Origin: Felis catus
Lineage: Eukaryota
Direction: 5' to 3'
Assembly (NCBI RefSeq): GCF_018350175.1
Contig: NC_058368.1
Coordinates: forward strand, 229,650,001-229,714,000
Length of the DNA: 64,000 nucleotides
The position numbers were made by a program, and so were the translations under genes. The notes beneath the pieces were generated by a model. That model saw only the letters and a list, made by a program, of their open reading frames with translations, searched no databases and was not told where the DNA came from. Shown in pieces: positions 1 through 12,485 of the stretch (positions are counted from its first letter, which is position 1; each line of letters opens with the position of its first letter).

Positions 1-162
1 TCTGAAGCCATAATTTTCATGGTTGTTTAATTTGTGTCCATACCTAAACAAATTTAGTGATGCTCCTATCATGTTTTGTTGACTGGGCTTTTTTTTAATA
101 ACTCTTAACTGGTGAATGCTACAGTGAATAGAATTCTTTTGTTATTGTGGTTAATATTATCT

Positions 163-214
163 CCTTCCTTCCTTCTCCCCTTCCTTCCTTCCTTCCTACC
201 TACCTTCCTTCCTT
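163..214. repeat. (CCTT)n imperfect microsatellite
   Basis: Directly visible CCTT/CCTA run. Confidence 0.9.
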
Positions 215-599
215 TCCCCCTTTTTTGTTCTTTATTCCTATTTATTTGTTGCACCAAGACTCAAGTGTCCATTGGTAGTCTGAGCTTATGTTTCAAAGCA
301 TCTACTGAGTGCATAGATTATAATTGACTAACATTTTGGTTTGGATAAAAATAAAATTCTCCATCTTTATTTTGTTTTGGTTGGATAAAATATTTTAGGC
401 TCACACTCTCTTCCCCTCAGAATTTTAAATGTTACTCTATTATTTTTTCACACCCGAAATTGCTGAGTAGAAAGCCTTTTATGATGAAAAACAAAACTCA
501 AGGAAAACAAAAATATCTTCTTGAAATGAGAAACTTCCTTACTGGTTTAAAAAAAAAACTTCAGCATATATTACTCTTAATAGTAGCAAAGGAAAAGGA

Positions 600-697
600 G
601 GGTATGATAAATTTAATAAAAGATGTGCAAGAACTCTATGGAGAAGAATATAAAACTTTGTAGAATGACATTAAATAAAACCTAAATAAATAGAAAG
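600..697 (+). mobile_element. Old L1 ORF2 fragment
   Basis: Translates INLIKDVQELYGEEYKTL*NDIK*NLNK, resembling the L1 ORF2 segment INLTKEVKDLY.ENYKTL.KEI.ED.NKW. Confidence 0.7.
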
Positions 698-1789
698 TTA
701 ATTTCTGAAATCATTCCATTTTTGCATAAAACAAAAGTGGTTTGGAATTCCAAATGTTCAGGCTGATTCTTATTCTAGGACATTTTGCTCAGCTGGTACT
801 GAAGAGTTGTTTATTCCAGGATGAAGGAAATCGGCACACAAGGAGTTTGATAGAAGGTAGAGACTCAGTCAAGTCTGCATAGTAAGACTTTCTTGAATGA
901 ACTATAAAGTTAGTTCCCAAAGCACAAGCCCCATCACACTCTAGATTGTTTAAAGGGCCATTGCATCTCATACCTACACCTCCTCTGGCAGGCTGGGCTC
1001 GGACTCTGGCGTGTTATAAACACAGCCGTGTACACAATAGTGATCTCTGAGTTCTATCTCTGCTCCACCAAGATAGGGTCCACAGAGGAGAGGAAGCCTT
1101 TTACATTTGTCTTTTTGTAAGATGAGTAGCAAAGAGTAGGTGCTCAATAAATAGATGTACGAACATGTACTGGGTTTAAGCCTTGACTTCACAACTACAG
1201 TTGAGAGTTAATTACTAAATATGCAAAATCAAATGACCTCATGTATAAGGTCAATGATCCTGCTCTCTCTACTCTCCAACATGGTCTGGAGAATCATATG
1301 ACACCACGTGTGAAGGTGGACTATAGACTACAAGCCACTCCCCAAGGCAGATGTAGGGCAGTATCGATTGTAATCTTTGTAACTTATTTACTTTGTCTTA
1401 CAATTTTATCAGTGTGATTTTATTAACAGTCTACACTCCAGCAAGTAACACCTATACCTGGTTAGTTTTTAAGTTATATGGCTAGTTTTTTTTTAATAAA
1501 TAATTCTTTAAACATGAATTTCTTCTAAACTTATTTCAATGTCATGTGTGTTCTGATTCCTTTATATTGTGATTTCCCAAGGACAACACGTACATTAGAA
1601 AACTATGTAGTCATAAATTCAATAAATATTTACAAAAATAAATTTTGAACAGATAGAATAACAGAGTGAAGGGCCATTGATGAAATAAGTTGAGTTTCGC
1701 TTTCTGTATTTAGTAATTCATAAACTATTATGTAAAGAGAATCGGGTCTTTGTGTTGGTTACAAGTCATGAAATTTCACTGCCACAAAG

Positions 1790-2421
1790 GAATTTGGAGC
1801 ACTAGTTCAGAGGAAATTAATATCTTTATTTCCATTAACCACTAACTAAAATATGCCATTTTCTTCAATGATCATTGTGGGCAAACAAACAGGGTGGGAT
1901 CAGTAGTAGTACTTCAACTGTCACAAATAGACATCACAGATAATGTCATACCCGCCTATGGACTTCAGACATCTCAAAATGGCATTACTTTGAGATTATA
2001 GAAGTTATTAAACCCAGTGTTGACCTTGTTTTTTTTTAATTTTTTTAAATTTTATGTAGTTTTGAGAGCAAGAGAGAGAAAGAGAGAGGCAGAGAGAGAG
2101 GGAGACAGAGGATTCCAAGCAGGCTCTGCACTGACAGCAGCGAGCCTGATGTGGGACTTGAGCTCATGACCCATGAGATCATGACCTAAGCTGATGTTGG
2201 AGGCTCAACCGACTCAACCACCCAGGCACCCAGGCCTTGATATTTGATGTGTTAGTAATAAAACACATATTACATAGTGAACTGATATTTGTAATTGCTC
2301 TTTTGTAATTTTATTTATTTTATGAATTTTATTACATGATTTTGAGAAAGGTCCAGAGGTTCATAAACTTGTCAAAGGAGCCAGTGACATATTTTTTTTT
2401 TAAGATGGTTAAGAACCCCTG
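1790..2421. mobile_element. hAT-Charlie-like DNA transposon relic, interrupted by a SINE
   Basis: Ends in ...gagaaaggtccagaggttc...ggttaagaacccctg, typical of Charlie-type termini; family recalled, not searched. Confidence 0.5.
2028..2231 (-). mobile_element. Can-SINE (SINEC_Fc-type)
   Basis: Reverse complement of tRNA-like head (ggtgcctgggtgg), (CT)n tract and A-rich tail. Confidence 0.93.
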
Positions 2422-2484
2422 CCTTTGAGGCTATCTGATTCTACTTTCTATCTCCTATGGCCTTCCCACAGAAAGGGGTGACCC

Positions 2485-2590
2485 ACAGCACCCACATCCT
2501 CTGGGAAATTGTAAATGCAGACACTCCAGACCCATTGCAAAACCGTTGAATCATAATCTGCATTTCAACAATATCCTTTGGTGATTTGGA
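2485..2590. mobile_element. MER5A-like hAT relic
   Basis: tgggaaattgtaaatgcaga...gaatcataatctgcatttcaacaa resembles the MER5A core. Confidence 0.55.
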
Positions 2591-2691
2591 CATTTTTCAG
2601 TGTATTATTCCATAATATTAACATATTTCCTTTAGCAAGACCCCTTTGGTGCCTATATACTTTTTCCTAAACACTAGTCAACTTCCCAGGA

Positions 2692-2697
<6 letters not shown>

Positions 2698-2740
<43 letters not shown>
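2698..2740. repeat. (AG)21 microsatellite
   Basis: Perfect dinucleotide run. Confidence 0.98.
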
Positions 2741-2742
<2 letters not shown>

Positions 2743-3433
2743 AGCAATGTCCATTCTATTGCCAAAAGACAATTCACTCTTGGTTTAATTAGACACAGTC
2801 ACTACTTATCTAAAGTAATTATTCATTATATTAAATCCATGAAGAAAATCACCTTTGTAGGTTCCAAGAGGTTTTCATGACTCTGGAATTGCTGAAAAAT
2901 AAACACGTCTTGCCTCTTTTCAGTCCCATTTTAGAAGTTTCAAAATCCATGAAAATATGTGTTTATCCTGGAGGAAGGGAAGAAGGAAGAATAAACAAGT
3001 CACTAAAGAATACTGACGCATTTGATTAGCAATAGCATCTATATTTAAGACTTGTGAAGTGAGAAATAAGACAGAAAAGAGATAGCTAAGAAAAACTAAA
3101 ATTGGCAAATTACTTCAGTTATCTACTATCCAGTTCTGAAATTTCAGCAGATATTTTAATATAATAATTATTTTAAAGTGTTCTTAGAAGTAGGTGAAGC
3201 CTTTGCATGATTTTCAAAGAAATCCAAAATGATGCTGAACTTTTGGAATGCAAAGTTCATAAAGTAAATGATGTAATATCTTTCTTTGAAAATTTTGACT
3301 CAGTAATTTCCTGCCAAAAACCATTTTTAGCAGTACTGCCTTCCAAGAATATAAATAAAATGATTAAGCATAGAATACCTTTAAAATATGAGATAAGGCA
3401 ACATGCTTATGTAATGATACTTTCGGAAGTAAA

Positions 3434-3643
3434 TTTTTTTTTAATTTTTTAATGTTTATTTTTGAGAGAGACAAAGAGCCAGCAGGGGAGGGTCATAGAG
3501 AGAGGGAGACACAGAATCCAAAGCAGGCTCCATGCTTTGAGATGTCAGCACAAAGCCCAAGGCAGGGCTCGAACCCAGGAAGTGCGAGATCATGACCTGA
3601 ACCGAAGTCTGATGCTTAACCCACTGAGCCACACAGGCACCCC
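3434..3643 (-). mobile_element. Can-SINE (SINEC_Fc-type)
   Basis: Head, CT tract and tail in reverse orientation. Confidence 0.93.
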
Positions 3644-4524
3644 TAAATGTTCATTTTTATTATCCTTTTGCTGCAATATTTATTGACTATGATGTCAGAA
3701 TTCTGAGAAGCTCATGAAGAAATGAGTGGGTAAGCAAACACTGACCCAGCAACATTCACTTTTTAAAATTCCATTGATTCAACTTTAAAAGCTATATTCA
3801 GCCAATCACTTTTTCAAAAAAGCAAAGTACCCACATTTGCACGCACACATAGCAACACCTACTATTTAACTAGTAGACCTAAGTGAAGACTATGTTTCTA
3901 ACTGCAAATGTACCATTAGGAGAGAGCATGGTTTTAAAAGAAATTTTTTCCTGAGAGAGCAACGATTTATCAGATCAAAAACTAAGAGTAACTTTTCCAT
4001 CATAAGAAAAACTGAAAAATACAGGTAAAAATGATGGAAGGTATTCATTTGGAAATAGAAATGAGAATGTGTTGCCAACTTTAATTACCATCAGAACAGA
4101 TGAATAAATGGACACAAACAATGAGTGAATTTAACAGCAGTTCTTTCCAGGGATAGAATTCCAATTTCAGAGTCGTAGGAAATGGGTTCACAGTGAGCAA
4201 TGATACAATGATACAAAAATCACTAATCTTTGAGAAGCAAGAGTTTGCCCAACTGTTAAGAGTAACTGTGATAAATAATGGCCTCTTTGCTATGTCACAG
4301 TGGGAGTTCACCTGCAGGCCCTCAGGCAGGGAAAGTTTCCAATGTAGCCTGCCATCTTGGATTTCTCTCTGGATCGCTGCCCCTGTCTTCTAAGCACAAT
4401 AATTTATATCTTGCTTCTGTTCATAATGCATTATGTCACAATAATTTTTGAATGTTTACCATGTTTTCAAGATTTTGAAATTTACCAGGACACAAGACAG
4501 GTAATATTTGTGCTTATGTTAGTA

Positions 4525-4931
4525 CCTGTGCCATTCAAACTTCCCACGAGGGAAGGACTTCTTTCCACTGATGCTGCTTTGTCAAAACTGACAGCCACTT
4601 CAAGGAAGGCCTCATCTGAAGAGTCAGCTACTCCAAGATTTCGGCCTTTGTGGGCTGGTTCATATCTGAAAACTTATGAGACAAGGCTATAAAGGCTGGA
4701 CTATTTCATCCAACATGGAACAACTCCCCAGACCATTGTAGCCCCAGAGACACCTGTGAGAGTGGCCAACCTTTTATCAGTCTCCACTGCACCTTTACCT
4801 CTCCCTCTTCCCAACCTTGTTTCATTCCCTTGTCATAGGTGATGTTAAACCTAAAGGCACTCCCTAATAAGCATCTTGTCTCCTTGCCAACTTCTTGGTT
4901 TCAGAACCCCTCTGGGGAACCCTACGTGACA
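4525..4931 (+). mobile_element. ERVL-type (LTR16/LTR33-like) solo LTR relic
   Basis: 3' end cactccctaataagc...ggggaaccctacgtgaca resembles LTR16-class ends; terminates in CA. Confidence 0.5.
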
Positions 4932-5240
4932 CACTGCTGCTTAGAAAACCTAAGCAGGAAAAGACGGTCTTTGGGCTTTTTGTTGTTGTTGTTGTTGTTT
5001 TGGGCTTTTGTGGTTTTTTTGTTGTCATTTGTTTCCTTCCTTCTAGTAAATTCCCTCTAACAGTCTATTTTGGAAGTATTCCAGTTAGCTGTCAATTTAG
5101 TTGATGGTTAAGCACCTCCCAGGAGTGCATTTTAATGACGAGATTTTTGAAGATCTATTGCCTTCAAAACCCAAAGGAATGAAGCAAAAATAATAGGAAA
5201 AAAAAGCGGTAGGAGTTAATATTTTGATCCAGGCAAATTC

Positions 5241-5460
5241 CTTTTTTTTAAATTTTGTTAACATTTATTTATTTTTGAGACAGAGAGAGACAGAGCATGA
5301 ATGGAGGAGGATCAGAGAGAGGGAGACACAGAATCTGAAACAGGCTCCAGGCTCTGAGCTGGCAGCACAGAGCCCGGCGCGGGGCTCAAACTCATGGACC
5401 GCGAGATCACGACCTGAGCCGAAGTCGGGCGCTTAACCAACTGAGCCACCCAGGTGCCCC
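5241..5460 (-). mobile_element. SINEC_Fc with 15-bp TSD
   Basis: Perfect TSD gatccaggcaaattc at 5226-5240 and 5461-5475. Confidence 0.97.
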
Positions 5461-6948
5461 GATCCAGGCAAATTCTTAATATCAGCTGTATGATATCATT
5501 AAGGAACATATAAACACCAGGAATACCAATGCTCAGGTGGTCTCTGACCTCAAAATTAACTTATGAAAACAACCAAGAGCAACATAATATAACACATAGT
5601 AATGCACCAAATGAATCTCTACATTCAAGGATCTACTTGTCTTATTCCCTAAGTATTTGAAAGGAATTATACCTAAAACCAGTCATTCACTGAAGACTTC
5701 ACCATCCTAACCTCTTCCTAAAACACAGTTATGAGGATATTCTATTGTTAGTTTAGAAATTGGACTGGATTACAGATGCTAGAATGCTTGCTGGCTTCTA
5801 TAATTCTCATTAACAACCTTCCTAGAATTGTCATCAGTAACGACCAGAAATTAGACCCAGGGGACAAGTCACATGGTTCCATAATTTGGCCTGTACCAAA
5901 TGCCATTTATATACTTTACAAAAATCATATAAAAGTTACTTAAAGTTAAAATGATTTGAGAATTTTTAAGAGCTTTGTAAGTATTTCCAATATGTCTATA
6001 TTCTCCTTTAATACTAATATGTTAAATTCTCCGTAACATCCTAAAAGAACAAAATCCAATCCTAGGTAATCATGAACGAACCATAAAAAGCAAACCAACC
6101 CAAAACTACTGTTTTAATTATTAATTGATGACTTCAAGGCCATAGGAATGGAGGGAAATGTGGAGGGAAATCTAATTTACTTCTGACAGTATTTGTTCTT
6201 CTAAATAAGAACACTCTCCTCTTAAACGTGTTCCTTTCTTTCACCATTTTACTTTTCCTTCTGCCTTCTCCTCCTTGTCTTTTTGCTTCCTTCTTACTAG
6301 GCCACAGATGCTGGGAAGTTTGCGCTGTAGCAGAGCAACTAACGTGTTTGTTCATAACCCAGTATTTTCTTACACAAGTTGTGAACAAAAAGACGTGCCT
6401 GCCTTGCTTTCCATGCCCCAATTAACCGAGTTCCTAATTCAATTAAGCAGCGCACAGGTGGGTCCCAAGTACGACACGAATCCCCAAAGACTTGCCTACC
6501 ACTAGCTTCACAAACAAGTCTATTACATATTGCTTTGAAGAGGCCACTGGAAAATGGAAAGAACTATAATTGGTAAGTATATTTATTTGTAAGCAATGGT
6601 ATCACAGTAGCAGAAAAGGGAAAAAAAATCACCCTTTACTGAGGTTAACTTACAGGTCACAGGGTTGTCTTTGCAGCCTCTCTATACCCTACGATAAAAT
6701 TCAAAGATAGCAAATTCAGAGAGACTTTTCAACCATCTGACACCAGAATTGTGTACATTTTGTTTCCAGGAATGTGATTGATTTTAAATTATATTTCGTT
6801 GATTTTTTGAGAATTCATGGGTAATATTTAGTAATGAATTTAAATGACTTTGAAGATTTTTGAAGATGTTAATGTATGCAAAGCAACAGTGGACTAGTTT
6901 ATCATACATTCATGTGTGTACTTATGTATACTTTAGGTTTGTGTCTTT

Positions 6949-7134
6949 TTTTTTTAAGTGTATTTCTTTTGAAAGAGAGAGAGCAGGGGAGGGGCAGAGA
7001 GAAAGAATCCTAGGCCGGCTCTGTGGTGTCAGCTCAGAGTCCTAAACGGGACTCAAACTCAGGAACGGTGAGATCGTGACCTGAGCCAAAACCAAGAGTC
7101 AGACGCTTAACCAACTGAGCCACCCAAGTGATGC
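6949..7134 (-). mobile_element. Can-SINE
   Basis: SINE body; imperfect TSD taggtttg(tg/ca)tcttt. Confidence 0.92.
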
Positions 7135-7314
7135 TAGGTTTGCATCTTTCATGTAGTTTAAATACCAGAAGGGTTTAGGACTTGGTCTGTTATTTCAAAC
7201 ATATCTGTCCAATTATTTTTACTAACAGAAAATCATTCACTTTAGGGTAGAGTTGGCCCCAAGATGTTATAAACTATCATAGAAATAGGATTCCTTTAAA
7301 AAAAATTACCTTTG

Positions 7315-7529
7315 GGGTGCCTGGGTGGCGCAGTCGGTTAAGCGTCCAACTTCAGCCAGGTCAGGATCTCGCGGTCCGTGAGTTCGAGCCCCGCGTCGGG
7401 CTCTGGGCTGATGGCTCAGAGCCTGGAGCCTGTTTCCGATTCTGTGTCTCCCTCTCTCTCTGCCCCTCCCCCGTTCATGCTCTGTCTCTCTCTGTCCCAA
7501 AAATAAATAAACGTTGAAAAAAAATTTTT
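7315..7529 (+). mobile_element. Young SINEC_Fc with 15-bp TSD
   Basis: CpG-rich intact body with B box gagttcgagcc; TSD aaaaaattacctttg at 7300-7314 and 7530-7544. Confidence 0.97.
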
Positions 7530-8142
7530 AAAAAATTACCTTTGAGAATAATTAGTACATTAGAACTACTGAATAGCATAACGAAAAAAGACCAAGGCTA
7601 GAAGGCCAAGGATTTTATATATAAACTCTCGACCTTAAAAATGTCTCTTCTGCTTCATCCTTTTTTTTTCCTACAGCCTCAAATATCCTCATCAGTACAA
7701 TTTAAAAATTTTTAATGCATTAAATTAGCTTGAAGTTCCCTTGGTTCCTTCCAAAAATGTCATTATTCCAGTGTATCATTTTAATCTATTTTAGGCTATT
7801 CTAAATATCTATTGTTTCTCGGATCTATAAATAAAATATGTAAAACAGAGCAGTTTGGATTCAGCGTGTTCCATGATTTCTATGCATACACACAGCTCTT
7901 CAGTGACGTGTGCCCTGGCTATAGGGAATAAAATGTTTTCTCTTATTGAAAAAAAATAGTGATGTTCCGTTTCTTTGTATATCGAGAAGAATGTGTGATC
8001 AAGCAATAAAAATTCATTACATTGAGACACTTAACTTTTCTTGCAATAATTGTTAAAAAGCCGAGCTTTTGATACTGGCTAGCACGTGAGTCAATAGATT
8101 TTTTTGTAAAATTCTCTGATGCTCTTCGAAAAAAATGTAAGT

Positions 8143-8145
<3 letters not shown>

Positions 8146-8176
<31 letters not shown>
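8146..8176. repeat. (AT)15 microsatellite
   Basis: Perfect run. Confidence 0.98.
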
Positions 8177-8177
<1 letters not shown>

Positions 8178-8605
8178 CTGACTGAAGCCACTTAACTTTC
8201 AAAAATATGTTTCGCAGATGTTTTCGAAGAAAGCATGCTATAAGCATTTTTCAGTGTAAAAAAAAGTGAAATATTTGCTTTTATGTGGCAAAAGATGAAG
8301 TCATTTACTAAAGTATTCCAACATAATATCATTTTTACTTGAAATTTCAAAATTCTAAGGAACAAGACAGATTTTTTCAACGGTTATTATAATCACAGCT
8401 AATGTACTAAAAATCATTAGTTGGACATGCATAGTAATAGGAAAGTATGTTACATATCATTAAAATAGTATTCTTAGTGAATTAGAGATAGAATTCTATT
8501 AATTTCACTTGGTTCTTTAGGTAATTTCTAGAATCAGTAGGATATTTGATGTTGAAGAAGTGAGTCTTACCTACTCTCAAGTTAAAAAAAAAAAAAGGTG
8601 TGGAT

Positions 8606-8808
8606 GGGCACCTGCACGGCTCAGTGGGTTTAGTGTCCGACTTCAGCTCAGGTCATGATCTCACGGTTCGTGGGTTCTAGTCCCAAGTCAGGTTCTTTGC
8701 TGAGAACTCGGAGCCTGGAGCCTACTTCGGATTCTGTCTCCTTCTCTCTCTGCCCCTCCCCCACTCATGCTCTGTCTCTCTCAAAAATAAACATTAAAAA
8801 AAATTTTT
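8606..8808 (+). mobile_element. SINEC_Fc
   Basis: SINE body; TSD-like aaaa(g)gtgtgga on both sides. Confidence 0.93.
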
Positions 8809-10015
8809 AAAAAGTGTGGAAAAATCAATCCAAAAAGTGTTGACGGCATTTTTGAAGTTTTACTTTGGAAACAAACAATCTCAAGCTGACTTGTATACAA
8901 ACCCAACAGAATCCAATGATAAATAACCAGCAGGTTGAACAAGCAAGATGACTGATATAATCATAAAACACATGTTTTTTTGTTGTTTTGTTTACTTTTT
9001 GTCTTCCACTGCCCATTTAAAATGCATGCCCTGAATGTAGTTTCCCTCTACTCATGGATAAAAACGCAGCTGGGCCCTATGACAATCACGTTCATGATTT
9101 GGAAAAGAGTTCATTCTATGCTCACTTTCAGTCGTTAATACAGTCTCTTCAGTAACCAGAAGGTTCATTCCCACATTTTAACAAACACAGCAATGAAGGA
9201 TGAGTTAAGTCCTCTCCCACCCACCTCAGAAATCTGTCCACTTCAGGCTGAAAATCTTGAGAAAAGGAAAAGAAGGGTCCATATATGAAATCATCTCCTT
9301 TTGCCTCTCCTCTGTCTCACAAACATGCTTAGCTTGGATCATCCTCAGCTTGGTCGTCAGTGGTCCAGTCAGACCGCTGAAGATCTCTCGACCCGGGTGG
9401 GTCCATCTTTAACCAAGTGACCGTGTCTCTATTCCGGGGGGTATCTAAAAGTCTTCCCACCATCCTCTACAAGCCTGTACAATCCTGTAAAATCCTCTAC
9501 AAAGCCTTCAATCTGAGTGGATTGCCAGAGTTCTCAGTCCTTTTAGGAAACACAATTTTACAAAACCTTAGATATCACTATATAGCTTATACTATTTCAA
9601 TTAGCCCCCATAAAAAGCTACCCTGATGGGTCTGAGGAGAGGGAAATGCAAGGAGCAGGAGTGGGGCTCACGGTATGGCTTCCTCTGAAGATCTCCTTAC
9701 AAAATCCTCACTCTCCACCATTTTAAATTATATACACATGCAGAGAGAGAGATTATTATGTACCAATTTTATTATTATATAACTGTTATCATACACTACT
9801 TTTCATAGACATATAGATATAGATACAGATATAGATACAGATATAGATAGATAGATACAAACATATACACACACACTAAGTACATGTATTCAAGTGTCCT
9901 GGGACAATTTATATAATATCCCCCTATGGTGATTTGTGTCTCATACGCTTTGGAGTCCAATATCTTTCTCATTATCCCTAACCAAAACAAAAGCAAGGGG
10001 ACCACTTCTAAATAC

Positions 10016-10450
10016 TGTATCAGTCACCTACTACCATAATAAAGCTGCATTCCAAACCACCACAAAACTCTTTAATAATATAATCATGTTCCCATCCATG
10101 TGTGCAAGCTTTCTGGGGTTTCGCTGATTTGGGGGGCGGGCTACCCATGGCTTGGCTGCGAGCTCCAGGTAGAAGCCAAGTCTATTCAGTGTGCCTCCTT
10201 GTCTGGTCTTGGGACCAGCAGACCAGCTGGGGCATGTTCTTGACATGAACACAGACAAAGCACAGGAAAGCAAGCCCAAATACTCAACGCACATTTCGAG
10301 CCCTTGCTCATGTCATGTTTTCTAACATTAAATTGACCAAAACAAGTCTTCAATAGGGAAATACCTCCATCTCTAATGAGAGGGACGTCAAAGTCATGTG
10401 GATAAAGACAAAGGGAAGAATGAAGAATATGGACAGCAATTCAACCTACT
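10016..10450 (-). mobile_element. MaLR (MLT1-like) LTR
   Basis: Begins tgtatcagtc...aaaccaccacaaaactc and ends caattcaacctacta, matching reverse MLT1 termini. Confidence 0.65.
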
Positions 10451-10595
10451 AGAAGTCTCTGAAAACTGTGAGAGCCTGAAGTGTCAACTCACTCTTTGAT
10501 GTCACTTCAGCAATAGGCATGGCTGCCATCTTCAGAGAAGAAGATAAACTATAGAAATTGGATAGTCTATGCATTTCATCCTAGTTCCGTATATA

Positions 10596-10688
10596 TTTTT
10601 TAAATGTTTACTTTTTAATATTTATTTTGAGAGAGAGAGAAGTGGGGGGCAGAGAGAGAGAATCCCACTCAGGCTCTGCACTGTTAGC
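10596..10688 (-). mobile_element. Truncated Can-SINE (3' half)
   Basis: Tail, GA tract and aggctctgcactg present; head absent. Confidence 0.8.
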
Positions 10689-10689
10689 T

Positions 10690-11800
10690 ATAAACTACTG
10701 ACTTTATAGAGGTTCCCCCAAATTGTCTACAAATGTCTTTTTGCTGTTCCAGGATTCGAGGCAGGATATCACAATGCATTCAGAGGTTTCTTCTTGGTCT
10801 TCTACAATTGGTGACAGCTCCTAATATTTTCCTATCTTTCAGAAACTTGACACTTTTGAAGAGTACTGGCCAGGCGTTTTGCAAAATGTCTCGCAACTTG
10901 GGTTTGTCCAATGTTTTCTCAAAATTTAAGAGAGGTTATCAAATTTTAGGAGAGAATATCACAGAAATGACGTGCCCTTCTCATCACATAACATTGGGAG
11001 TACATTATATGCACACATCTTATGTCAGGTGGTGTTAATATTGATCATTTGGTAAGGATAGTATCTCCCAGTTCCGCTGTAAAATTAATAATTTTTTCCT
11101 GTCCATGCTGTTTTCACTGGAAATGGGTCACTAAGCCCAGTCCATTCTCAAGGATAGAGTAATGAAGCTCCACTTCCTGGAAAGAAGAGTATCAAAGTAT
11201 CTGGGACATGTATTAAAAGCATCACAGCAAACAAATATTTGGGGGAAGATACTCTGAGACTATGCAAGTATCCTGTTTCTCTTTAAACATTATTAGCTTG
11301 ATGATTTTAGCATTCATGAGTAGATCATGCCTGCTCCAACTGCTATCGTAATGTTCTAATGATGATTTTCGTTCCCCTTATCCTTTGTACATTCATTGGA
11401 CAGAAATCTTTTGTAAGTAGGAGTTGTTCCTTCTCCCCTATTTATTTCTTTATTTATTCACTCAGTCATTAATTTATGTCAGTACAGACTCGTGAATATT
11501 TATTTCATTTGGAGGGTTAAAATCCAAATACCATCTCATTAGGTAATTTGTTACTTAACTTGTTCCATATTTAATCACTGACATCTCTTTCAGGCTTTTT
11601 CTTACGTTCTTTAGGCATGCCCATCTTTATTTTCTCCTTCCTTCTCAAAAAAAAAATTCTTAATTTCTGGTACCATTAGACACTCCAGGCTCATTTTGTA
11701 TTTTCCCTGCCTCGACTCCATTTCTCCAAGAAGCTCTTCTCTCTTGTATCCAAGGACGGTCTTTAGAAAGCAAGATCAGTGTACTCACTGCTAAACATGC
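10690..11800 (-). mobile_element. Old L1M 3' region
   Basis: T-rich antisense L1M-like sequence (ttgacacttttgaagagtactggccagg...; ccaggctcattttgtattttccctgcc). Confidence 0.65.
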
Positions 11801-12159
11801 TTAATTTTATAGAGAACAATCATTTTCACAAAATCATGACATTTCACTAACTTTATAACCTGTCCACGTTTCTTTTTCATTTCTTTCTCTTCGTCTTTGT
11901 GCTACTCACTTTTCAGTATTCTCCCCTGATGTGTGATGCCAGAGCACACGAATTCATCTTGTGAAGATAAAAGAAAATGGAGGCCAGGCTTGAACACCTT
12001 CCAAGCAGGCAAAGTCATTTAAGCTACATAAGCAAAATTTTATCTAACCTATTTTATGAACATAAACAAAACTTAACTTAGGTCATTTCTTATAAATGCC
12101 TATGATAATCATAAAAGAAACATAGGTCACTGTCCTTTTTTTCCTGGCTTTTTGCTTTT

Positions 12160-12316
12160 AAAAAATTTTTAATATAATTTATTATCAAGTTAGCTAACAT
12201 ACAGTATATACAGGATGCTCTTGGTTTTGGGGGTAGATTCCCATGATTCATCGCTTACATACAATACCCAATGCTCATCCCAATAAGTGCCCTCCTCAAT
12301 ACTCATCATCCATTTC
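12160..12316 (-). mobile_element. Carnivore L1 3' end fragment
   Basis: Reverse complement resembles the L1 3'UTR at 13790-13880 (gagggcac...gggatgagca.tgggt.ttgtatg). Confidence 0.85.
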
Positions 12317-12485
12317 CTAAAAAGATATACGATAATCATTTTTACATATGCCCTGCCATCTGGACGCACCTATTATAATAACCAATCATTGTAAAAGTTC
12401 AACAACTTCCTCATTTTAATTTTATAAGATAGTCTGTAATGTCATGCTTCTGAGCTTCAACTCAGTTTGGATTAGAAGATTCTCT

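Noticed and set aside
9330..9445. CpG-containing block as a minus-strand coding exon
   Set aside because: Weak polypyrimidine tract, stops in all frames before the putative donor, and an unrecognisable peptide.
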